Shown here piece after piece: positions 42,514 through 51,315 of a DNA stretch of 64,000 bases. Position 1 is the stretch's first letter; every line of letters starts with the position of its first letter. Source of the DNA: Candidatus Gastranaerophilales bacterium (GTDB lineage: Bacteria > Cyanobacteriota > Vampirovibrionia > Gastranaerophilales > CAJFVJ01); assembly GCA_944323485.1 (NCBI GenBank), contig CALUSR010000002.1, positions 68,048 to 132,047 on the forward strand, given 5' to 3'. A model generated the notes under the pieces. That model had not been told where the DNA came from and did not search any database. It saw only the letters and a program-made list of their open reading frames with translations. A program made the position numbers and the translations under genes.

Positions 42514-42961
42514 ATACAACCTATACCTAACCTACATTTATATATAAAAATCCTCAAAAAAAAATTTGTCAAAAATAGATATATTATTAAGATTTTTTTA
42601 CAAAAAACTATCTGACAATTAATTTTATATTTTCCAAATAATTTCAATCGTACACAATACACTAATAACAAACTAATTTACCGAATTATTTATTTAAGAA
42701 ATACTCCATATGGGGCAATGTTTTTTCTCAAAAAAACATTATTATTTAAATATAGTTTTATATTGGATATTTTATGGATGAAACTGCTCTGAATTTTCTT
42801 TTTCAAAGTTGGGAAAACATTTCTTCTTTTGACTTTTCAAAAGAAGATAAAAAGGAAAACCTCCTTTCATCGTGGTTATTGAATGATAAATACCAAAAAA
42901 TAAAAGCAAATATTAATATCTCAAAAAATAAAGTAAAACTCAAACAAATTTTAGAGTAGGC

Positions 42962-44272
42962 TTATTTTATTGCTCTCAGGCATTTTAAAGACCTTTGTGA
43001 ATAAAATTCATTTTTTAATTTTTTGTCTTTCCTGAATTTTTTATTCACTTCTTCATCCTGTTTGATAATGCCCCAGTTACTGTTTATAGGGTTTAGAGTA
43101 GCATGCCCTTCATATGTTATGTACTTCAAAAGAGCTCCTATCATGGTTTCTGATGGAAACTCCATCAACGTTTCCGATGACAAATATTTTGCCATATTTA
43201 TTCCCGCAACAAGCCCTGAAGCTATAGCCTCAGTGTATCCTTCCGTGCCTGTCATCTGACCGCAGAAAAATAAAGTCTCTCTCTTCTTCGATTGAAGTGT
43301 CCGTTTCAGAACCTTGGGAGAAAACAAAAAAGTATTCTTATGCATAACTCCATATCTTACAATATTGACATGCTCCATGCCTGGAATTGATTGCAAAAGT
43401 TCTTTCTGGGCACTCCATTTCAAATTGGTCTGAAAGCCAACGAGATTGTAAAGGCTTGCGCATAGATTATCCTGCCTGAGTTGAACAACGGCATAATTTT
43501 TTTCACCCGTTCTGTCATCAACCAAGCCAACAGGCTTAAGGGGACCATACCTCAAAGTATCAACGCCTCTTGAGGCAAGAACTTCTATAGGCAGACAGGA
43601 CTCAAAAAATTTTGCTTTTTTTTCAAAATCTTTAAGCTCTATTTTGGGGGAGTTAATCAAAATATCATAAAACTTCAAATACTGGTCTTTATTCATAGGA
43701 CAGTTGATATAAGCCCCTTCTCCCTTATTATACCTGTTTGCATAAAAAGCTTTTGAAAAATCAAGACTCTCTTTTTCAACAATTGGGGCTATAGCGTCAT
43801 AAAAAGATAAATATTCACTATTAACAAAATTCTTAATATCATCTGAAAGTTCTTCAGAGCATAAAGGACCGGCTGCAATAATCACAGGAGTAGTTGAATC
43901 GGGAATTTTTTTTATCTCTTTTCTGATAAAATTTATCTTGGGATTTGATTTTATTTTCTCTTCTATTTTTGATGAAAAAAGCTCTCTATCTATAGCAAGC
44001 GCATTGCCTGCTGGTACAGCCACTTCATCAGCTGTTTTTATTAACTCAGACTCAAGAATTCTCAGTTCTTGTTTTAACAAACCGCTTGCCACAAGAACAT
44101 CATTTGAGCCAAGACTGTTAGAACAAACCAGCTCAGCAGGTTTATCAGTCTTATGAGCACCTGTTGTATTTTCAGGACGCATTTCGTATAGGTCAACATC
44201 GATACCCCTTTTTGCCAGCTGCAGAGCAGCTTCACTGCCTGCTAATCCCGCACCGATTACAACAACTTTCAT
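42962..44272 (-). CDS. trmFO: methylenetetrahydrofolate--tRNA-(uracil-5-)-methyltransferase
   Basis: MKVVVIGAGLAGSEAALQLAKRG, TGAHKTDKPAELVCSNSLGS and GQMTGTEGYTEAIASGL are TrmFO hallmarks. The ATG at 44272 lies 1 nt after the upstream stop; alternative start 44311. Confidence 0.9.
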   Translation of the reverse strand: MKVVVIGAGLAGSEAALQLAKRGIDVDLYEMRPENTTGAHKTDKPAELVCSNSLGSNDVLVASGLLKQELRILESELIKTADEVAVPAGNALAIDRELFSSKIEEKIKSNPKINFIRKEIKKIPDSTTPVIIAAGPLCSEELSDDIKNFVNSEYLSFYDAIAPIVEKESLDFSKAFYANRYNKGEGAYINCPMNKDQYLKFYDILINSPKIELKDFEKKAKFFESCLPIEVLASRGVDTLRYGPLKPVGLVDDRTGEKNYAVVQLRQDNLCASLYNLVGFQTNLKWSAQKELLQSIPGMEHVNIVRYGVMHKNTFLFSPKVLKRTLQSKKRETLFFCGQMTGTEGYTEAIASGLVAGINMAKYLSSETLMEFPSETMIGALLKYITYEGHATLNPINSNWGIIKQDEEVNKKFRKDKKLKNEFYSQRSLKCLRAIK

Positions 44273-44273
44273 A

Positions 44274-45416
44274 TCACTCTTCCGTAAAACTCTTAAATGG
44301 TCTTGAATCATTGTAATTTGTCATATTAATGAATGTATATAAAATACCTGACAAGAAATTTTTGGATCCTATCTCAAGTATAATCTTTAAAGCATCTTTG
44401 GTATTTTTTACAGGATAATTCAGACGTTCGGAAGTCAGATTATCATAGAAGTTGCAAATGTTGACAATTTGACTCGGCAAACCGATAAGATCCCCTGATA
44501 TCCCGTAAGGATAGCCTGAGCCGTCATTATTCTCATGATGTTCAAGAGCAACTTTGCATATCGGTTCTGAGAGATGAAAATCTTTATGCAAAATCTTATA
44601 ACCTATCTGTGTATGCAGGTTGAGCAAATTCACATCCTGTGTTGAAAGATTTGTCTTCTTCAATATGCTCTCATCAATACGGGTTTTTCCAATATCATGC
44701 AAAAGAGCAGCAAGAACGATATCATTCACCTCTGACTCTGTCATTTTCATCTTTATTGTCAGAGCAGCAGCCATAATCGCCACATTCAAACCGTGAATAT
44801 CATCATATTCGCCTATTATCTTCAACTGTGACTTATAAATCATTGTATCTAATACGGGAATTATTGTTTCGAGGATTAAATCTCTCGTTTTCAAAAACAA
44901 ATCAACCTTTTTTACAGATGTTTTTCTCTTGAAATCATTCATCGCCCGTTTGAAACTTTTTTTCATCTTTATTTGATTTTCAGGAGTAATAATCGAATAA
45001 AGATTTATTTGTTTATTAAAGAGCTGCTCGTCTATTTCTATTTCCAGCACATTATCTGATACATCATCATCGTCATCTTCTTCCGTTGAAAACTCATCTT
45101 TTGAAAAAGTTTCATCCTCTTCTTCGGCTTCAGGCAATGATTCTTGTTTTTTTGTGCCGGTTTTAAGAGTATCAGAAGGTTTATTCTCCTTTTCTTGAAT
45201 ACTCAAATCATCTGTATTCTCTCCGGCAGACTTGAGCGTTTTTTTCTCCTCTTCACCGTCAACTTTTGAATAAACAGCATCCAATGACCTCAGCTGCATA
45301 AGCTTACCAGGAGTAATAATTTCTCCTGCACTAAACAATTTCTCGCCATCTTCATTATACAAATCAACAGAGAAAATTTTTTGATCAGCCAGTTCATTTA
45401 CGGAAACAAGTTGCAC
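44274..45416 (-). CDS. HD-GYP domain protein (c-di-GMP phosphodiesterase family) with DUF3391-like N-terminus
   Basis: AALLHDIGKTRI plus EHHENNDGSGYPYG form the HD-GYP signature. There is an acidic linker EEEDETFSKDEFSTEEDDDDDVSD. GTG start with a GGAG SD 7 nt upstream. Confidence 0.85.
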   Translation of the reverse strand: MQLVSVNELADQKIFSVDLYNEDGEKLFSAGEIITPGKLMQLRSLDAVYSKVDGEEEKKTLKSAGENTDDLSIQEKENKPSDTLKTGTKKQESLPEAEEEDETFSKDEFSTEEDDDDDVSDNVLEIEIDEQLFNKQINLYSIITPENQIKMKKSFKRAMNDFKRKTSVKKVDLFLKTRDLILETIIPVLDTMIYKSQLKIIGEYDDIHGLNVAIMAAALTIKMKMTESEVNDIVLAALLHDIGKTRIDESILKKTNLSTQDVNLLNLHTQIGYKILHKDFHLSEPICKVALEHHENNDGSGYPYGISGDLIGLPSQIVNICNFYDNLTSERLNYPVKNTKDALKIILEIGSKNFLSGILYTFINMTNYNDSRPFKSFTEE

Positions 45417-45502
45417 GGCTCAACTCCAATACATAATCTCTGTATTATTATACACTCTTCTCTAATCAAAACATATACTTCGTTTAAAGAGTTTTTAAGA
45501 AA

Positions 45503-45826
45503 TCAATTCTCATGAGTTTTTTGGTCTTGTTTAATAAACTCGCACATCTTCTCTAAACGAACATCTTCCATCGAGTCAAGAATACCTTGAACATCCTTAA
45601 TTTTCCCGAGAGCAAGCCCTACTTCGGCAAGGAGTACACAATCATTGCATAAAACAACCCCGTCACCATACATAACAGACCCTGCAACAGACTTCTCTTC
45701 TCCGCAGCATGTGCACACAAAATATTCATCGGCAGATGCGGGATTATCATCTATATCATCCTGCTTCATCTGGGCAACAACCTTCTGCATCTCCTCGACT
45801 ATTTTCATCTGTTCTTCTTTATCCAT
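45503..45826 (-). CDS. hypothetical zinc-ribbon protein
   Basis: CTCCGEEK...(17 aa)...CNDC is a CxxC/CxxC pair. ATG at 45826 has a GAGGAA SD 7 nt upstream; the track TTG start is 45841. Confidence 0.5.
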   Translation of the reverse strand: MDKEEQMKIVEEMQKVVAQMKQDDIDDNPASADEYFVCTCCGEEKSVAGSVMYGDGVVLCNDCVLLAEVGLALGKIKDVQGILDSMEDVRLEKMCEFIKQDQKTHEN

Positions 45827-45929
45827 AAATTTATTCCTCAAAAAGGATAACCATTTCTGTTTTTCATTTTAATATAAATTGATTAAAATTTTTATTTAAA
45901 ATAAAATATCTTTGTTTGAGGAGTAAAAA

Positions 45930-46940
45930 ATGAGAGCAGCTGTTGTAAAAAACCTGAAAGAATTTGATATAAAAGACCTTCAAAAACCAACGCTGAAAGA
46001 TATGGGAGCTATAATAAAAATCATTGGCTGCGGTCTGTGCGGCTCTGATATAGTAAAACTCCTGCATGGTTCCCACATAAACAAAGTTCTGGGTCATGAA
46101 GTTCTTGGAACAATCGAAGAAATAAACTCAACCACCTCCTTTAAAAAAGGAGATAAAGTCGTCCTTGCTCATCATATCCCGTGTTTTAATTGCGATTATT
46201 GCAGAAAACACAACTACTCCATGTGCGAAAAATTTAAAAAAACGAATATTACTCCTGGAGGCTTTGCTGAATATATCTATATAACCGAAGACCACCTCAA
46301 GAATACTGTGTTCCACGCACCGCAGAATTTAAACGACTCAACCTCTGTCTTTATGGAGCCTCTTGCATGCTGCCTTAGAGCAATCAAAAGAGCAAATACA
46401 GAGAAAAATGACAATGTCATGGTCATAGGATTAGGTTCTATAGGACTTCTTATGGGGCAGGCAGCAAAATGCTACGGAGCAAAAGTCAGCGGATGCGATA
46501 TTCTCGATGAAAGAATTGCTCTAGCCCAAAAAGTCGGATTTGACAATGTTTTTAAATCAGACTCCGATGAAAAAACTTCGTCTGAATTCAAATCGAAAAC
46601 AAAAAAAACAGGAGCAGATATAGTATTCCTTACCTCGGGAAGCAAAAGCTCCCTATCCCTTGCACTGAAATGCGTTAGAAACGGCGGTGTCATACTTGTC
46701 TTTGCAAGCATATCAGATGACAACCTCGGGTTTGCTAACAACCAGATTTATTATCGTGAGCTGACTGTACTCGGCAGTTATTCTCCGGCATGCTCTGACC
46801 TCGAAGAAGCCTTAACCCTTTTAAAGGATGGCAAAATTAACGTAAATGGCTTCACAAAAGAATATTCTCTCGATAATATAAACAATGCAATATCTGATAC
46901 ACTGAATAAAAAAATATTAAAGGCGTACATAAAAATATGA
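45930..46940 (+). CDS. zinc-dependent alcohol/polyol dehydrogenase (MDR family)
   Basis: CGLCGSD, GHEVLGTIEE, the structural-Zn motif CFNCDYCRKHNYSMC, and the Rossmann motif VMVIGLGSIGLL. SD GAGGAG. Confidence 0.8.
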   Translation: MRAAVVKNLKEFDIKDLQKPTLKDMGAIIKIIGCGLCGSDIVKLLHGSHINKVLGHEVLGTIEEINSTTSFKKGDKVVLAHHIPCFNCDYCRKHNYSMCEKFKKTNITPGGFAEYIYITEDHLKNTVFHAPQNLNDSTSVFMEPLACCLRAIKRANTEKNDNVMVIGLGSIGLLMGQAAKCYGAKVSGCDILDERIALAQKVGFDNVFKSDSDEKTSSEFKSKTKKTGADIVFLTSGSKSSLSLALKCVRNGGVILVFASISDDNLGFANNQIYYRELTVLGSYSPACSDLEEALTLLKDGKINVNGFTKEYSLDNINNAISDTLNKKILKAYIKI

Positions 46941-47974
46941 AAATGAATGCAATTAGATTCTACGGACCAAACAATCTCAAATACGAACAGGTTGACATAA
47001 AAGAACCAAACGACGACGAAATTCTTGTCAAAGTTAAAGCTGCTCTAACCTGCGGTACGGACATAAAAACCTTCAGAAGAGGACACCCCGTCCTAATTAA
47101 AGAAATCCCGTCAGGCTTCGGGCATGAGTTTTCGGGAATAGTTGAAAAAACAGGGAAAAACATAACTCACCTGAAACCCGGTGACAGAGTCGTATGTGCA
47201 AATTCCGCACCATGCTATGACTGTTACTATTGCAGAATAGGAAAGTATAATCTGTGCGAAAATCTTGAATTTCTAAATGGAGCTTACGCTGAATATGTGC
47301 TTGTACCGGCTCAAATAGCAAAATATAATACCTACAAAATCCAGGATACTCTAAGTTTTGCCGAAGCTGCACTAACAGAACCGTTTGCCAACGTGGTTCA
47401 TGGTTTTGAAAGAACAGGAATAAATAAGGGAGATACAGTAGGTATAGTCGGTATAGGACCTATCGGACTAATGTTCATAAAACTTGCAAAAGCAAAAGGA
47501 GCAAGAGTTATCGCAGCCGGACGTAACCCGCTAAAACTAAAGATGGCTAAAGAATTCGCAGGCGCTGATGAGGTTATAAACCTCAGAGAAAACCCGAATC
47601 CGCAAGAACTTGTCAAAAACTTCAGCAAAGAAGGTAAAGGACTTGATTTTGTCATAGAAGCAGTCGGGTTACCTGAGATATGGGAGCAGGTTTTTTCTCT
47701 TGTTCACAAAGGAGGAACTGTACACTTATTCGGAGGATGCAAGTCAGGAAGCACCGTTACCGTCGATACAAGAAGAATACATTACGATGAAATCAGTGTA
47801 ATTAGTGTATTCCACCATACTCCGGAATATTTCAAAAAATCACTGAACCTGATAGCCTCAGGAGAAATAGACCTTAAACCTCTTATCACAGCAAAAATGC
47901 CTCTACGTGATACACAAAAAGCTCTCGAAATGCAAGAAGCAGGCAAAGCGCTAAAAGTCCTGATAGAACCGTAA
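46937..47974 (+). CDS. zinc-dependent alcohol/polyol dehydrogenase (MDR family), second copy
   Basis: ATGA overlap with the upstream gene. Motifs CGTD, GHEFSGIVEKTG, CYDCYYCRIGKYNLC and VGIVGIGPIGLM. Confidence 0.8.
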   Translation: MKMNAIRFYGPNNLKYEQVDIKEPNDDEILVKVKAALTCGTDIKTFRRGHPVLIKEIPSGFGHEFSGIVEKTGKNITHLKPGDRVVCANSAPCYDCYYCRIGKYNLCENLEFLNGAYAEYVLVPAQIAKYNTYKIQDTLSFAEAALTEPFANVVHGFERTGINKGDTVGIVGIGPIGLMFIKLAKAKGARVIAAGRNPLKLKMAKEFAGADEVINLRENPNPQELVKNFSKEGKGLDFVIEAVGLPEIWEQVFSLVHKGGTVHLFGGCKSGSTVTVDTRRIHYDEISVISVFHHTPEYFKKSLNLIASGEIDLKPLITAKMPLRDTQKALEMQEAGKALKVLIEP

Positions 47975-47990
47975 AACACAGATTTATTAA

Positions 47991-48029
47991 GTTTTGTAAA
48001 GCTATTTTGCAAAACTAACAATATTTTTT
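47991..48029 (+). terminator. weak candidate terminator after the ADH pair
   Basis: GTTTTGTAAA-gcta-TTTGCAAAAC (47991-48014) forms 10 bp including one G-U pair. A T6 run follows about 10 nt later, which is a suboptimal distance. Confidence 0.3.
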
Positions 48030-48081
48030 CTTGTTTGATATTAAAATAGTTGTAGGGAATAAATGTTGGTGGATATAAATT

Positions 48082-48816
48082 ATGCAGACTACGAGGCTAC
48101 ATCAATCAGAATTTTACAAGCATCGCCCAAAGAGTGTGATTAAGCGAGCTGAAAATGAAAATAAGAGTGTGCAAAATAATAATAAATCCGCAAGTATGAG
48201 TACGAGCGGATTTTTTAGTGCAAAAAATACAACAAATGCTGACACAACAAGTTTTCAAGGAAATGTTGGTCAAAAAATATTAACAAGCAAACCATTTTTA
48301 AGCTTTGCTAAAATGTCAAAAAGTCAGGCAATGGTTGAAGCCTTTTCTGCTCTGATTTTGGCAGGAGTCCTTAGACCGGCGACAATACTGGCAACAGGAA
48401 AAGGCAAAGATGACAAAGATACACAGTATGCAGCAGTTCATGGCATTGCCTCAGCATCTATCGGTTATGCCTTCACTGTTGCCATCACCTCACCAATTAA
48501 AAAAGGCGCAGAAAAATTAATGAAAAAACTCAAAGATAATCCTGATTTTATGAAAGGAAGTTATCTCAAAGCAGGAAAAGACGCCTCAGAAGAGGTAGCA
48601 AAAAAAGCGGCAAAATACGCAGACAACTTCAAACTCGTTGCAGAATATGCCCCTCAAATGGTATTGGTTCCTTTCAGAGCAGCATTAACTGTTGCACTGA
48701 TTCCTCCAATTATGAAGGTGCTTTTCCCGAACCATAAAAAAACTCAAAAAGCTGAAGAAAAATCAGCCCAAACGGCACAAAATCAAGTAAAGGAGCAGGC
48801 TAATGCAAGTAAATAG
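48082..48816 (+). CDS. hypothetical membrane-hairpin protein
   Basis: 244 aa, SD GGTGGA. Polar leader ends in TTSFQG. Hairpin is AFSALILAGVLRPATILATGKGKDDKDTQYAAVHGIASASIGYAFTVAITSPIKK. A second hydrophobic region is VLVPFRAALTVALIPPIM. Confidence 0.55.
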   Translation: MQTTRLHQSEFYKHRPKSVIKRAENENKSVQNNNKSASMSTSGFFSAKNTTNADTTSFQGNVGQKILTSKPFLSFAKMSKSQAMVEAFSALILAGVLRPATILATGKGKDDKDTQYAAVHGIASASIGYAFTVAITSPIKKGAEKLMKKLKDNPDFMKGSYLKAGKDASEEVAKKAAKYADNFKLVAEYAPQMVLVPFRAALTVALIPPIMKVLFPNHKKTQKAEEKSAQTAQNQVKEQANASK

Positions 48817-49549
48817 AATTCAACCTAACATGTCTGCTCGAAATAAGAGCAACGTAACCTTCGCAGGAGTACCAAAAGTTCTATCACAGGCCAGCGATAA
48901 ACTAAGCGACACTGTAGAACTCGGTTTGGAAAAAGTTGCAAAATCAAAAGGTATCGAAAAATTTATAAGAAAAGTTACCGACGCAGGAAAATCCGGCTGG
49001 CTCAGACAGGGATGTATCATCGGTGTAAGTACTGTTCTCAGCTCATTCTATATCATACAAACTCTTACTAATAAAAATATAGAAGAAAAGAACAAAAAAC
49101 CTCTTGCAATAAACAACGCCATAACATGGGCTATTCCGACGGCAGGCGCTATCGCTCTTGATAAACCTATTCTCAAATTGTTCGGAAAACTCGGTGATGC
49201 CTTTGAAAAAGCAAATGAAGGCGGAAAAGGCAAAAAATATCTGGATTGGGCAGCAAAACATTATAAAGACGGTGATTTCGCAGCCCTCAAAAAAGGTGTT
49301 GCAAGAAACGCAGCAACAGGTTTGTGCTTCGCATTTATGTACAGATACATTACTCCTGTAATTGCGACTCCTCTGACAAAGAAAATAACAGCAAAAATAC
49401 AAAAAAGAAAAGAAGAAAAAGAAATGGCTCAACAACCTGCTGTTCAAAAAATAAGCGTAAATCCTCAAGAACAGCTTGTCAAAGCAGGTCAACTCAGCAG
49501 AACAAAAAATGCTCAAGCAATGAGCACTTTCAAAAGCTTCCTAAAATAA
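48803..49549 (+). CDS. hypothetical membrane-hairpin protein, paralogue
   Basis: 248 aa. SD AAAGGAG lies 7 nt upstream, inside the end of the previous gene, with a 14-nt overlap. Leader is MQVNRIQPNMSARNKSNVTFAG. Hairpin is CIIGVSTVLSSFYIIQTLTNKNIEEKNKKPLAINNAITWAIPTAGAIALDKPILK. Confidence 0.55.
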   Translation: MQVNRIQPNMSARNKSNVTFAGVPKVLSQASDKLSDTVELGLEKVAKSKGIEKFIRKVTDAGKSGWLRQGCIIGVSTVLSSFYIIQTLTNKNIEEKNKKPLAINNAITWAIPTAGAIALDKPILKLFGKLGDAFEKANEGGKGKKYLDWAAKHYKDGDFAALKKGVARNAATGLCFAFMYRYITPVIATPLTKKITAKIQKRKEEKEMAQQPAVQKISVNPQEQLVKAGQLSRTKNAQAMSTFKSFLK

Positions 49550-49578
49550 TTTTTGCTTACCCCCTTCAGCATTATTTT

Positions 49579-49587
49579 TGGTATAAT
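49579..49587 (+). promoter_or_regulatory. extended -10 promoter element (TGnTATAAT) upstream of tlyA
   Basis: TGGTATAAT lies 32 nt upstream of the tlyA ATG. No good -35 element is present, which is consistent with extended -10 promoters. Confidence 0.35.
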
Positions 49588-49618
49588 TTCGATGTAAAAA
49601 ATTTATATCAAAATTGTT

Positions 49619-50425
49619 ATGACAAAAAAACGACTCGACAACCTGCTGATTGAAAGAGGGCTTTTTGAAACAAAAAGCAAAGCTCAAGCTGCAATAATGG
49701 CAGGAGATGTAAAAATTAACGGAGAAAAAATTACTAAAGCAGGTTTCCAAATCAAAGATACAGAAGATTTGAATATTGAAATCCAAACCATGCCTTATGT
49801 GAGCAGAGGAGGTTTCAAACTGGAAAAAGCAATCAAGTCTTTCAACATAAATTTTTCAAACAAAATCTGCCTTGATGCCGGAGCTTCAACGGGAGGGTTT
49901 ACAGATTGCCTTCTGCAAAACGGAGCCATAAAAGTTTATGCGGTTGACGTAGGATACGGACAGATTGCTTGGAAACTGAGGGAAGACCCGAGGGTAAAAG
50001 TTATAGAAAAAATAAACATAAAAAACTGTCAGACTGAAGACATATATAATGAAACAGATGAAAAAGCAGAATTTGCAGTAATGGATTTGTCTTTTATCTC
50101 TATTACAAAAGTTCTTCCGAACATAAAAAAAATGCTGTCAAAACAGCAAATGATTGCACTCATCAAACCGCAGTTTGAGGCAGGAAGAGAGCAAATAGGC
50201 AAAAATGGCGTTGTTAGCGACAAAAACGTACATATAGATGTAATTAAATCAATCATTAACTATGCCAAAACCATCAATCTATTCCCGCAAAATCTAACTT
50301 ATTCTTCAATCAAAGGACCTGCCGGAAATATAGAATATTTGATTTACTTAACAGATGAGCCAAATTCTCTTGATGATGATAAAATACAAAGTGTAGCAGA
50401 TGAAGCATTCGAGATACTAAATTGA
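49619..50425 (+). CDS. tlyA: TlyA-family rRNA (cytidine-2'-O)-methyltransferase
   Basis: S4-like N-terminus KKRLDNLLIERGLFETKSKAQAAIMAGDVKINGEKI. FtsJ-type motif CLDAGASTGGFTDCLLQNGA. Confidence 0.85.
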   Translation: MTKKRLDNLLIERGLFETKSKAQAAIMAGDVKINGEKITKAGFQIKDTEDLNIEIQTMPYVSRGGFKLEKAIKSFNINFSNKICLDAGASTGGFTDCLLQNGAIKVYAVDVGYGQIAWKLREDPRVKVIEKINIKNCQTEDIYNETDEKAEFAVMDLSFISITKVLPNIKKMLSKQQMIALIKPQFEAGREQIGKNGVVSDKNVHIDVIKSIINYAKTINLFPQNLTYSSIKGPAGNIEYLIYLTDEPNSLDDDKIQSVADEAFEILN

Positions 50426-51315
50426 TTATAAAATCAGAAAATAATGACTTTGTTAACATAGAAAAAATCAGCGTAATATACAATGCAGAAATCCCGCAAT
50501 CTTTGACCATTGCGCAGGAAGCGGAAAAAGATTTGCTATCAAGGGATGTTAATGTTGAGCTGCAAGCTTTATATCCATCAAGAACAAAGAAAACAAAAGA
50601 ATTTTCAAGAGATATCTCGCTTGCTATTGCAATAGGCGGAGATGGAACACTCATCAGCATAGCAAGATTCTATGCCCAATTTGATATTCCCGTCCTTGGA
50701 ATAAACCACGGCAGACTCGGCTTTCTCTCCCAACTATCAAAGGATAACATAAAAGAAGGCTTTGACAGCTTGTTCAACGGCAACTTCCAAATAGAAGAAA
50801 GACTCATGCTAAATGTATTTGACAGCCCGAATGAGAGTTTCAACTTCAATGCCCTGAATGATGTTGTAATAAAAGGCGGCGCACTCGCAAGAACAGAAAA
50901 ACTATATCTTTATCTGAATGACAGACATGTCTGTGACTACCTTGCTGACGGACTGATTGTATCAACTCCGACAGGCTCAACAGCATACACACTATCAGCA
51001 GGAGGCCCTATAGTAACTCCCTGCCTCGATGTCATGGTTATAGTTCCTATTTGTCCTCATTCTCTGAGCACACGTCCGCTTGTTATTCCGGGAGATGAAA
51101 AAATTACTGTAAAAACAGACTCTCACTGGTCAGAACTCTATATCACCGCTGATGGTCAAAAGAACTATGAACTCGACAAGAAAAATGTAATAGAAATAAA
51201 AAAACACCCCAAAAAAGCAAAACTGATTATAATAGACAGGAAAAACAACAGTTTTTATTCGGTATTGCGCCAAAAACTCCACTGGGGAGTATCTCCTAGG
51301 GAAGGTGCCGTATGA
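50422..51315 (+). CDS. nadK: NAD(+) kinase
   Basis: IAIGGDGTLIS, GINHGRLGFL, NDVVI and DGLIVSTPTGSTAYTLSAGGPIV. The TTG start overlaps the tlyA TGA. Confidence 0.85.
   Translation: MIIKSENNDFVNIEKISVIYNAEIPQSLTIAQEAEKDLLSRDVNVELQALYPSRTKKTKEFSRDISLAIAIGGDGTLISIARFYAQFDIPVLGINHGRLGFLSQLSKDNIKEGFDSLFNGNFQIEERLMLNVFDSPNESFNFNALNDVVIKGGALARTEKLYLYLNDRHVCDYLADGLIVSTPTGSTAYTLSAGGPIVTPCLDVMVIVPICPHSLSTRPLVIPGDEKITVKTDSHWSELYITADGQKNYELDKKNVIEIKKHPKKAKLIIIDRKNNSFYSVLRQKLHWGVSPREGAV

Noticed and set aside
42774-42959. 61-aa ORF in the long spacer between trmFO and the GH13 operon.
   Set aside because: It has no SD and a K/N/I-rich composition typical of random AT-rich frames. It is punctured by two strong hairpins. 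It is more likely non-coding, although it cannot be excluded.
45040-45135. GA-rich codon repeats in the HD-GYP gene as a possible DNA tandem repeat or phase-variation tract.
   Set aside because: It encodes an acidic low-complexity linker (EEEDE...EEDDDDDVSD) without exact unit periodicity. There is no homopolymeric tract likely to slip.
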